Source of the DNA: Candidatus Borrarchaeum weybense
GTDB lineage: Archaea; Asgardarchaeota; Sifarchaeia; Borrarchaeales; Borrarchaeaceae
DNA: 64,000 bases
Assembly: GCA_019057385.1 (NCBI GenBank)
Contig: JAHQJS010000007.1
Span: 651,685-715,684, forward strand
Direction: 5' to 3'
The notes under the pieces were generated by a model, which ran no database searches, was not told the DNA's origin, and was given only the letters and a program-made list of their open reading frames with translations. Below, one piece after another: positions 9,870 through 18,899 of the stretch. The number at the start of each line of letters is the position of its first letter. Position 1 is the first letter of the stretch. The position numbers were made by a program, and so were the translations under genes.

Positions 9870-10805
9870 TCATTTTTTTACCAAATTTGGATTGATTTTA
9901 ATCGCCTTTTTGTAGCACTCATCAGCTTTCTCAGTGTAGCCTAATTTATCATAAGTTTGCCCCAGATCGATCCATGCATCTACGTATTCTGAGTCGATTT
10001 CTAGTGCTTTTTTATAACATCCAATAGCTTTTTTAAACTCACTTAAATCGTTATAGACGGCACCTAGATTATTCCAGGTATCTACATCTTCAGGATCAAT
10101 TTTTAATGCACTATAGAGATAATCAAGTGCTTTCTTATGTTCACCTAACTCCTTGTAGATCAATCCCTTACCTGTCAATGCCTCAGCATACTCAGGACTG
10201 ATGTCCAATGCCTTTTGAGCAGCATTTAGAGCACTATTAAAATCGCCCATCTTGGAGTATATTATTGCTATATTGAGCCATGCAGAAGCATGCTCAGGAT
10301 CAAGTTCTACCGCTGCTTTATAACAAGCTATCGCCTTTTTGAACTTGCCTAGTTGATTATAAGCTGTCCCTTTATGCGTCCAGGTTAAGGCATCCGTTGC
10401 TTGGATATTCACGACTTTTTTATAACAGTTCATGGCTTTATTAGGCTCTCCAAGAATAATATACACATCTGCCATGACAACCCATGCATAGGTATAATCA
10501 GGTGCAATTTCCACCGCTTTTTGATGACTTTTTAATGCTTCTTTAAATTTGCCTAGCTTCCCATACATTAATCCCATCATTTGCCACGCTTTAGCAAATC
10601 TAGGATTGATGTCAACTGCTTTTTTAAAAGACTTTAGCGCAGTTTTTAACTCGCCTAACATGTAATATGCAATTCCTATGTTACTCCATGCGCCATAGTC
10701 TCTTGGTTCTACCTTTAATGCTTTCCTGTATTCTGTGATGGCTTCATGATATTGTCCCTGCTCCCAATACTCATTTCCTCTGGCATTATAATCAGGTTCA
10801 GACAT
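9870..10805 (-). CDS. TPR repeat protein (~9 repeats)
   Basis: Regular 34-aa TPRs. Confidence 0.95.
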   Translation of the reverse strand: MSEPDYNARGNEYWEQGQYHEAITEYRKALKVEPRDYGAWSNIGIAYYMLGELKTALKSFKKAVDINPRFAKAWQMMGLMYGKLGKFKEALKSHQKAVEIAPDYTYAWVVMADVYIILGEPNKAMNCYKKVVNIQATDALTWTHKGTAYNQLGKFKKAIACYKAAVELDPEHASAWLNIAIIYSKMGDFNSALNAAQKALDISPEYAEALTGKGLIYKELGEHKKALDYLYSALKIDPEDVDTWNNLGAVYNDLSEFKKAIGCYKKALEIDSEYVDAWIDLGQTYDKLGYTEKADECYKKAIKINPNLVKK

Positions 10806-10916
10806 TCTTAATTACTCCATAACGATTGTTCTCAATTGTCGAAAGCACATCAAAATAACTTAAACATGGTTTTGAATAAAAAGAAGAGATGATTCATAAA
10901 TCACTCAAAATAAAAC

Positions 10917-12065
10917 TCATAAGAAGACCTTTTCTGCTGCTGATACTCCTGCTCCTAATTCAATATCAAATCCAAGTTCTTTTAATACCAATTCTGTCAT
11001 TTCTAACATTAAGAGAACCTCTCTATCTGTACAAAGATTCATATGCGCTGCACGAAATATTTTTCCTTTTACTTTTCCTTGCCCACCGGCAATTAACACT
11101 TTGTGCTTTAACATAGTTTTTCTAAATTCGGCGTCATCTAATCCGTCCAAATATTTTACTGCGGTAACTGTATTCGAGGCGTATTGTTGATCAGCAAATA
11201 AATCAAAGCCAATAGTTTTCATACCTTCCCGCATAGCTTGTGCACAAAGTCTATGTCGCTTTACACGGTTTTCGTATCCTTCTTCTAGAATCATTTGAAA
11301 CGCTTTATGCGCTGCATAAAACAATGGTAGTGCGGGTGTATACGGTGTATCGTATTTTTTGAAACTATTTCGATGTTTTTTGAGGTTTAAATAATAGGAA
11401 GGAATATCAGATCTGTTCTCAATAACTTCCCAAGCTCTCTGATTGACAGCTATCATACCTAATCCTGGTGGAATCCCTAAGCATTTTTGAGAGCCAGTAA
11501 CTAAAACATCAAAACCCCATTTATCAGTTTCACAATAATCTCCACCAACGGATGTTATAGCATCGACAATAAGAAGTTTATCATATTCTTGGGCAATTTT
11601 TGCGATTTCCTCTCCGGGTTGTAAAACGCCTGTAGAGGTTTCATTATGAGTAAACGTAATAAATTTGATATTGGGATTGTTTTCAAGTACAGCTATCATT
11701 TCATCAAGATTTACTGCTTTACCCCATTCAACATTAACTGGAATTGATTTCCCACCATAGGTTTGAGTGATTTCAATCCAGCGTTCAGCAAATTTTCCAC
11801 CCATGATGTTAAGAACCTCATCACCTTTAGAAACCAGATTTGCAATAGCTGAGTCCATGGCTGATGTCCCAGATCCAGAAAAAATAAACATGTCGTTCTG
11901 AGTTCGACAGATTTCTTTTAACATCTCTATGGATTCCTTAAGGATTTCCCGAAATTCGTTTGTCCTATGACCATAGAGAAGGCGATTCATAGCCTGATAT
12001 ACCTTAGGATGTATTTCCACTGGGCCAGGAATCATTAGCCTAATATTTTGTTCATCCATTTTCAA
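10917..12065 (-). CDS. Class V PLP aminotransferase (alanine-glyoxylate/serine-pyruvate family)
   Basis: MIPGP, HNETSTG, VDAITS, GSQKCLGIPPG. Confidence 0.92.
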   Translation of the reverse strand: MKMDEQNIRLMIPGPVEIHPKVYQAMNRLLYGHRTNEFREILKESIEMLKEICRTQNDMFIFSGSGTSAMDSAIANLVSKGDEVLNIMGGKFAERWIEITQTYGGKSIPVNVEWGKAVNLDEMIAVLENNPNIKFITFTHNETSTGVLQPGEEIAKIAQEYDKLLIVDAITSVGGDYCETDKWGFDVLVTGSQKCLGIPPGLGMIAVNQRAWEVIENRSDIPSYYLNLKKHRNSFKKYDTPYTPALPLFYAAHKAFQMILEEGYENRVKRHRLCAQAMREGMKTIGFDLFADQQYASNTVTAVKYLDGLDDAEFRKTMLKHKVLIAGGQGKVKGKIFRAAHMNLCTDREVLLMLEMTELVLKELGFDIELGAGVSAAEKVFL

Positions 12066-12176
12066 ACCACACTTAAAGTAATTAATATAATATCTTTGGT
12101 TTACTTTGTGAGTTTGATTTAAAGTTTTGGAAATCTACCAAAGCAATTACATTTTTAACTTAATACGTGTTGTTAG

Positions 12177-13430
12177 TTGACTAAAGGGATGAAAATGTGT
12201 GCACATGTATTTCTTATAGTATGTGATGGAATGGGGGACCGTCCGATTGAAGAATTAGATGGAAAAACCCCTGTAGAATTTGCAAATACTCCATGGTTAG
12301 ATAAATTATCAGAAGTTGGAATTAATGGAATTATGCATACACTTGGTACACCAGGCATAGTTCCTGGGAGCGATACGGCACATTTAGCGCTTTTTGGATA
12401 TGATCCACATATCTATTATTCGGGCCGTGGAGCATTCGAGGCTTTAGGTGTAGGATTGGAAGTAAAGGAAGGCGATGTAGCGCTACGAGGTAATTTTGCA
12501 ACGGTTGATGAGAATTTAAACGTATTAGACAGACGTGCTGGACGATATGTTCCTGAAGGTGATCAACTCGCAGCAGTAGTCAATGGATTAAAATTACCGG
12601 AGGCTCCTGATGTCGAAGTGATAGCAAAACATGCTACTCAGCACAGATGCGCTGTTATTCTCCGTGGACCGGGATTAAGTCACAAGGTTACAGATACTGA
12701 CCCTCATGAGACTAATGCAAAAGTAAAAATTGCTAAACCTTTAGATGATAGTGAAGAAGCACAAAAAACGGCAAATATCATTAATTCATTATCAGGAAAA
12801 TCCCATGAACTTCTCAAAGACCATCCATTGAATAAACAACGTCAAGAACGTGGAGATTTGCCTGGAAACATCATTATTCTTAGAGGTGCAGGGCAAGTAC
12901 CCAATGTAAAATCATTAACTCAGTTATATGGAATTAAAAGTGCAGTGATATCAACAAATGCGCTTTATCGGGGAGTTGCTCTAAGTATTGGAATGGAACA
13001 CCTTCCAGTCTCTGAAACAAAAGGAGACTATATCGTACTGGCAAAAAAAGCACTTGAGCGTTTCGATAACTATGATTTGTTCTTTATTCATGTTAAAGAC
13101 ACAGATAATGCCTCTCACGATGGAAATGCTGAAGAAAAGGTAAAAGTGATTGAACGCATTGATGAAATGATTAGTTATTTGTTCCCAAAAGTTGAAAGCA
13201 AAGAAGCGTATATCTGTGTAACTGCTGATCATACTACTTCAGTGAAAGCAAAAAACCATGTCGGTGACGATGTGCCAGTCGTTATAGCGGGTCCAGAAGT
13301 CCGTAGTGATTCTGTTAAGTCATTTTCAGAGAGAGCCTGTGCACTGGGAGGGCTTAATAGAATTCGAGGCATAGATATTATGCCTATATTAATGAGTTAT
13401 CTAGAAAAGACACCCATGTTCGGCTCATAG
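12177..13430 (+). CDS. apgM: 2,3-bisphosphoglycerate-independent phosphoglycerate mutase, archaeal type
   Basis: DGMGDRP, GKTP, PGSDTAH, GRGAFEALG, DNASHDG, TADHTT. Confidence 0.92.
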   Translation: MTKGMKMCAHVFLIVCDGMGDRPIEELDGKTPVEFANTPWLDKLSEVGINGIMHTLGTPGIVPGSDTAHLALFGYDPHIYYSGRGAFEALGVGLEVKEGDVALRGNFATVDENLNVLDRRAGRYVPEGDQLAAVVNGLKLPEAPDVEVIAKHATQHRCAVILRGPGLSHKVTDTDPHETNAKVKIAKPLDDSEEAQKTANIINSLSGKSHELLKDHPLNKQRQERGDLPGNIIILRGAGQVPNVKSLTQLYGIKSAVISTNALYRGVALSIGMEHLPVSETKGDYIVLAKKALERFDNYDLFFIHVKDTDNASHDGNAEEKVKVIERIDEMISYLFPKVESKEAYICVTADHTTSVKAKNHVGDDVPVVIAGPEVRSDSVKSFSERACALGGLNRIRGIDIMPILMSYLEKTPMFGS

Positions 13431-13617
13431 CCGCTTTCTATACTTTTTTAAGAGATTACTTGAATTTCAATGCAGCATTTCATATCTTTCTATCGAAAAT
13501 AGAATTATACCAATAGGAAGTAATTATAAAGCTAAAATCCTTTTTAAAAAAGTGTTATAAGCTCACTAAACTTCGATACTAAATAGAAATTATTAATGTC
13601 AAGAAGTTGATGTAAAC

Positions 13618-14595
13618 ATGGTCTGGCCGCCTCCCTATGGTGCACCTCCACAAAAACGCACTTCATCTACAGAAATAATTCATATATTAGTAGGAACCGT
13701 TCTTGTGTCACTGGTGATAGGATCGTTCTTTTTCGATCCGCTAAATTTGTTTGCGGACATTGCAATGAACCAGGATCAAATATTCTTATTTGTGTTAGTT
13801 TCGTTCCTAGCAGCACCTGCTTTCATCCTGCACGAGTTAGCACATAAATTCGTGGCTCAAAAATATGGTTTTTGGGGAGAATTCAGACTTATTCCTTTTG
13901 GCGTCGTCCTTACTATAATCTCAATAGTTTCTCCGTTTAAGTTAGTCGGACCTGGAGCTGTGATGATCTCTGGGGCAAATATCACACGAGAAAAAAATGG
14001 AAGGATTTCTTTGGCAGGACCAATAACAAATTTCATATTGATTGGGGTCTGCCTTCTTTTCGTTCCATTTTTACCATTCGAGATTGTTGGTCAACCATTT
14101 CTTGTAATACTTGCCCAGCTTAATGCTATTATTGCTGTATTTAATTTATTACCAGTCTCACTCTTGGATGGAAAGAAGATTTACAAATGGAATAAGACTG
14201 CATGGTTAGTCTCTATTGCTCTATCTGCATTCTTTTGGGTAGTTCTTCTTTTTTTAAGCGTATCGCCGTTCATCTGGGTTTTAATGGGAGTTGGGGTGTT
14301 AAGTGTTGCTGCGTTAATCTATTGGAACTTCTTCAGGGAAAAAAAAGGAAAAGAGATTGAAATAATTGATGCTTCAGAAATGCCATTTATTCCACGATTC
14401 ATTAGAAGTTCATCAGAGAGTGCATCAGAGGAAAAACCAGAGACTAAGATAAAATCTATGCTTGTTAGTGAGTGTGAACAATGTGGAAAAGCAGTATTTC
14501 TTCCTTTTAGGTGTTGGCGATGCGATGGGTTCTTCTGTTATGACCATAGATTGCCAGAAAACCATAACTGCCCTGCATTGAAGGGAGCAGGTTAG
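13618..14595 (+). CDS. Site-2 protease (M50) with C-terminal AN1-type zinc finger
   Basis: HELAH, AGPITN, FNLLP..LDG; C-terminal CEQC...CWRC...FC..HRLPENHNC. Confidence 0.88.
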   Translation: MVWPPPYGAPPQKRTSSTEIIHILVGTVLVSLVIGSFFFDPLNLFADIAMNQDQIFLFVLVSFLAAPAFILHELAHKFVAQKYGFWGEFRLIPFGVVLTIISIVSPFKLVGPGAVMISGANITREKNGRISLAGPITNFILIGVCLLFVPFLPFEIVGQPFLVILAQLNAIIAVFNLLPVSLLDGKKIYKWNKTAWLVSIALSAFFWVVLLFLSVSPFIWVLMGVGVLSVAALIYWNFFREKKGKEIEIIDASEMPFIPRFIRSSSESASEEKPETKIKSMLVSECEQCGKAVFLPFRCWRCDGFFCYDHRLPENHNCPALKGAG

Positions 14596-14740
14596 TTTAA
14601 ATTACTTTTTAGTTCTAAATAGAAAAAGGAAAGCTAAGAGCTCAAAAAAACTCTTAAAGTTGAAGAATTAAGTTGCTAATCTGATTTTAAGAAAAGCAAA
14701 AAAGAAAAAAGAGTAATTAAGAAAGATTTCATGCACACAT

Positions 14741-14944
14741 TTAACCTTTGATTGCTAGGTTAATGTCAGACATCATAACTTTCTTTCGTCCGGCGTGTTT
14801 GGCAAATCCGACCGCTTTCCTCGTGAGTATCTCACATTGTTCTTCAAGATAGTCAACGAGTTTCATTACAGCGCCCTTAGCTACCAATTTTGCGCCAGAT
14901 TCTTTCATAAGATCTCTAACTGGGGCAATTGCTAATCGAGCCAT
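14741..14944 (-). CDS. Archaeal histone (copy 1)
   Basis: HMf-like fold: AIAPVR.LMK..GA...AKHAGRKKV...D. Confidence 0.95.
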   Translation of the reverse strand: MARLAIAPVRDLMKESGAKLVAKGAVMKLVDYLEEQCEILTRKAVGFAKHAGRKKVMMSDINLAIKG

Positions 14945-15175
14945 AAAATCAACTCCACTTCAAAGAATGAACTGGTTTCATTCTTTCTGAAAAGTATTTC
15001 AGTCTTAAACCAATATATAAAGCTTCTGGTTGCCTCAACCAAGTTCCCCATTTAAAACTCATCATGAACTCGATACTCAACGAAAATCTTAATGATCATT
15101 ATAGTGCGCGCGCTATTGGAGGTAATCAGAGACTATAGCTATAATATAAGTATAATTCGAAGGCGACTTATTTGG
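14945..15175 (-). promoter_or_regulatory. Conserved histone upstream module, copy 1 (SD, 5' hairpin, TATA/BRE, palindrome, distal block)
   Basis: GGAGTTGA SD; hairpin 14962-14986; TTTATATA 15014-15021; TGGTTGCCTCAACCA 15027-15041; shared with copies 2 and 3. Confidence 0.75.
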
Positions 15176-15370
15176 GTGATGTGCTACACGCGCACAAACA
15201 TATAGTTCAATCAGAATCCACTCTTTAAGTCAATCACAATAGAATCAACTTTTCATAATATGTGTAAAAAATTGCTAGATTAGCTATAGGAAGATACGTG
15301 ATTAGCATAGCGGATTCTAAAATATAAAAAAAAAGAAAAAGGGGTATAAAGAAAGACTAGACACACACAT

Positions 15371-15574
15371 TTAACTTTTGATTGCTAGAGAGATGTCGGA
15401 CATCATAACTTTCTTTCGTCCGGCGTGTTTGGCAAATCCGACCGCTTTCCTTGTGAGCGTTTCACATTGCTCTTCAAGGTAGTCAACGAGTTTCAAAACT
15501 GCGTCTTTAGCTACCAATTTTGCGCCTGAGTCTTTCATAAGATCTCGAACTGGGGCAATTGCTAATCGAGCCAT
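15371..15574 (-). CDS. Archaeal histone (copy 2)
   Basis: Near-identical paralogue of 14741..14944. Confidence 0.95.
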   Translation of the reverse strand: MARLAIAPVRDLMKDSGAKLVAKDAVLKLVDYLEEQCETLTRKAVGFAKHAGRKKVMMSDISLAIKS

Positions 15575-15810
15575 AAAATCAACTCCACTTCGAAGAATGA
15601 ATTGATTTCATTCTTTCTGAAAGATCTTTGTACTATAATGACTATATAAAGCTTCTGGTTGCCTCAACCAAGTTCCCCAAATCAAGATACTCATGAACTT
15701 GGTGCTTATCGAAAATGTGGGCAGTCCATACCGCGAGCGCGTACTCGGAGTCAATCAGAGACAATAGATATTACTGAAATATTACCTCATAGCTACATAT
15801 TTGGATGACA
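15575..15810 (-). promoter_or_regulatory. Conserved histone upstream module, copy 2
   Basis: Hairpin 15593-15615, TATA ~15643-15650, palindrome 15656-15670, distal GAGCGCG...GGAGTCAATCAGAGAC block. Confidence 0.75.
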
Positions 15811-16064
15811 AAATATACCAACTTATGGCACGATTTAACCATGATTCCCATTTCTATTATTTTTCATCATAGAGAGTATCACTCAACAAATAACTCAAAT
15901 CCGTCTAACAATGAAAGCTCTACCTCAGAATAAGACTAAAATTTGCACAAAACTTTGGTTTAAATATCTAGCGAAAGCTACGCGAAGATAAATAACTAAC
16001 TTAATGAATTGCAGACACTAAAAAAAAGAAAAAAGGGTAGTTAAGAAAGATTCGACGCACACAT

Positions 16065-16268
16065 TTAACCTTTGATTGCTAGGTTAATGTCGGTCATCAT
16101 AACTTTCTTTCGTCCGGCGTGTTTGGCAAATCCGATCGCTTTCCTCGTGAGTTCTTCAACTTCTGCCTCAAGAAATTCAACGAGTTTGGATACAGCATCC
16201 TTAGCTACCAATTTTGCGCCAGATTCTTTCATAAGATCTCTAACTGGGGCAATTGCTAATCGAGCCAT
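16065..16268 (-). CDS. Archaeal histone (copy 3)
   Basis: Paralogue differing mainly in helix 2 (EFLEAEVEEL). Confidence 0.95.
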   Translation of the reverse strand: MARLAIAPVRDLMKESGAKLVAKDAVSKLVEFLEAEVEELTRKAIGFAKHAGRKKVMMTDINLAIKG

Positions 16269-16503
16269 AAAATCAACTCCACTTGCAAGAATGAATTGAT
16301 TTCATTCTTTCTGAAAGGTATTCAGTCCTAAGCCAATATATAAAGCTTCTGGTTGCCTCAATCCAACTCCTCATAATAAGACCATCATGAACTAAGTACT
16401 CATCGAAAGTTTTGGTATTCCATACTACGAGCGCGCAATCGGAGTCAATCAGAAACTATAAACATCACAAAAAACTTGATTCATTGATACTCATTTGGAT
16501 AAC
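16269..16503 (-). promoter_or_regulatory. Conserved histone upstream module, copy 3
   Basis: Hairpin 16287-16309, TATA ~16337-16344, imperfect palindrome 16350-16365, distal block. Confidence 0.75.
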
Positions 16504-16799
16504 CATATGCACATATTACCTGTAGAATTTAACATAAATTTTGTTTTTTTGGATAAAAAAATGCTTAGATCACTATTACAAAAAACAATCTGTTTCCTTT
16601 ACCGATTTCACTGAAAAAGGTTAAATCATTATTTAGAGCCATAAAAGCTTATCAGGATATCAATTGCAGTTTATATTAATTGAAAAAATTCTTCTAAGTG
16701 TTTTTAGTCTTTTTGTCATTACAAAGCGCGATAAAAAACTGTTTCTTTTGTGATTTTCTATTTTTTTAAAGTGTATGCTCTACTAAATTGTGTGTTGAT

Positions 16800-17044
16800 G
16801 TGAGCTACCTCGTACTAAAGCATCGAGGCTTCCTGCTTCTACGACAGACTCGATCCCCTTGTCGGGTTACGGAGGTCATATCTCCACAGGCTTAACATCC
16901 CTACGCCCCGTAGGTACGGTTAACCATCGTGATGCAATCGAAGTATGCACCTTGTCTACAAGTGTGCGTATTATCCCTCCAATTGCCGTTGATATCTCGT
17001 TATACCAACTATATAACTCTTAGGGAGACCCCTCGATCTAAGTG
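16800..17044 (-). mobile_element. ORF-less IS605-type element carrying a TnpB-type omega-RNA scaffold
   Basis: Minus strand: TTTAT|CACT...ACCGTACCTACGGGGCGTAGGG...AAGCCTGTGGAG...GAAGCAGGAAGCCTCG...GAGGTAGCTCAC, a typical tnpB right-end sequence. Confidence 0.7.
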
Positions 17045-17074
17045 ATAAAATTGAACACACATTATTGCAACTCA

Positions 17075-17419
17075 TCACCACGTTGAAACAGTGGTGCTTT
17101 CTTGCTCAGTTACTCGTAAAAAAATAGTTTCTTGCATTCTGAATAAAACGACTAACGTTCCAAAAACGGGGAAGATAGCAAGGATCAGAAACATTATGCG
17201 TATACCAAACATCTCAGCAATAATACCAGCTACTGTATTCACTCCATAGAATATCCCCACCATTATACTAGCCTGAAATAATGTAGCTCCAAGTGATTTT
17301 GCATAAAGAGGAATTATAACAACTGGAATTATTATCGAAAATGCGTAGAACCAGTTTACTGTGTTTATTGATAATAAGGAAGGATTAGAGTTATCTTTTG
17401 TTGAGTTCAATGTGCACAC
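17075..17419 (-). pseudogene. Internally deleted MFS transporter remnant
   Basis: MFS N-terminal motif PLYAKSLGAT...G joined directly to MFS C-terminal AGIIAEMFG...QET. Confidence 0.6.
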
Positions 17420-17608
17420 ATCTGTTCGTAAGAGAGACCATATTTCAATTTAGTCCATTGCGCAAGTTGAAAATTGAACTCATCACAAGCCTTATAAATC
17501 AACCGCATTGAAGACCACCTGTGCAAATTTTTGCTCCTATTAGCGTTATCTGATTTAAAAAACTCCAATAAATAAAAACATTCAATCTAATATGAGGCTT
17601 GATTTTTC

Positions 17609-18760
17609 TTGAAAAGCAGTACTCAAAGCTTGACAACTCTTAGTTTCGCTCACTATTTCAATGATACCTATTCAATGATTCTCCCTGGATTGATACCAAT
17701 TCTTATTCCTCTATTTGGACTTAGTTACTTTCAAGCAGGATTGGCTGCCATGCTTCTAGTAGCGATCCCTGCAGTTCTACAGCCATTGTTAGGACATTTT
17801 GGTGATGCAGGGAAAGCCAAACAAGTTTTGATTGGAGGATTAATACTCGTCAGTATCAGTACGGCATTTTTTGGCGCGGCTCCAAACTATATCATTTTTC
17901 TTCTTCTTTCTGGAATTGCAGGTGTCGGTCTTGCTGCATATCATCCACAAGCAACTTTATTTCTTTCAACTGACTTTGGAGGAGGAAAGGGGAAGGCATT
18001 GGGTATTCATGGGGCTGGAGGAAGTTTAGGTCATTTCTCTGGTCCAACGTTAATTACAATCTTGGCTTCCACAGTTATCGGATGGCAATTAGGCTTAGTT
18101 CTACTAGTCATTCCAACGATTTTAGTAGCAGTTGCGTGCTGGGTAATTCTTCACACTTCTGATTTATCTTCGAATTCAAGTGTTAAACATGCACCTTATA
18201 GTATCAAGAAAGCATTAACAATCCCGGTTATCATCCTTAGTATTGTAATGGCACTAAGAACCTCGGTTTACAGGGGTATTACTACTTTCTTACCTGCATT
18301 TTTTGTATCAGAAGGTATTTCATTGCTTTATGCAGGAGCGTTCACAGGAGTACTGTTAAGCGCTGGAATACTAGCCCAACCGTTATTTGGACTTATTTCA
18401 GATCGCATTGGCAGGAAAATAGTTGTTGTAACCACAATGCTAGCACTTTCACCGCTTGTCTTTGTTTTTGCATTTTTAGTATCTATTTCGGAATTACTTT
18501 TAATTATCGTTTTATTTCTAATTGGATTTTGTATTTTTGCAACGTTTCCTGTAGGATTAGCTTTTTCCGCGGAACTTGGAGAAAATAACGTCGCTATTAC
18601 TGTTGGTATCGTTTCGGGGATCTCTATGGGTTTTGCAGCCATGATCCCGCCAATAATTGGTTATATTATCGACATCTTTGGTTTCTTTGAGGCATTTGGC
18701 GTTTTGGCCGGCTTTAGCCTTTTGGGTGGGATGATATCTTTTTTTCTTCCAAAAAAATAG
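17609..18760 (+). CDS. MFS transporter (Fsr-like)
   Basis: ~12 TM; AHYFNDTY, QPLLG, GLISDRIGRK. Confidence 0.9.
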   Translation: MKSSTQSLTTLSFAHYFNDTYSMILPGLIPILIPLFGLSYFQAGLAAMLLVAIPAVLQPLLGHFGDAGKAKQVLIGGLILVSISTAFFGAAPNYIIFLLLSGIAGVGLAAYHPQATLFLSTDFGGGKGKALGIHGAGGSLGHFSGPTLITILASTVIGWQLGLVLLVIPTILVAVACWVILHTSDLSSNSSVKHAPYSIKKALTIPVIILSIVMALRTSVYRGITTFLPAFFVSEGISLLYAGAFTGVLLSAGILAQPLFGLISDRIGRKIVVVTTMLALSPLVFVFAFLVSISELLLIIVLFLIGFCIFATFPVGLAFSAELGENNVAITVGIVSGISMGFAAMIPPIIGYIIDIFGFFEAFGVLAGFSLLGGMISFFLPKK

Positions 18761-18899
18761 GGTGTATGCATTTGATTCATAACAAGAGGGGTCAAAAAAG
18801 ACTAAAACTTAATTATATGAGGACAAAATACAATTTAGGACTGAAAAATTGATCGGTAACAAAAAAAATGATATGATGTTGAGAGAAAGAGTAAGAAGA

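Noticed and set aside
16780-16799. Resemblance of the omega-RNA guide (ATCAACACACAATTT) to histone 3' ends (CACACATTTAAC)
   Set aside because: Short, gapped, low-complexity match with no adjacent TTTAT motif.
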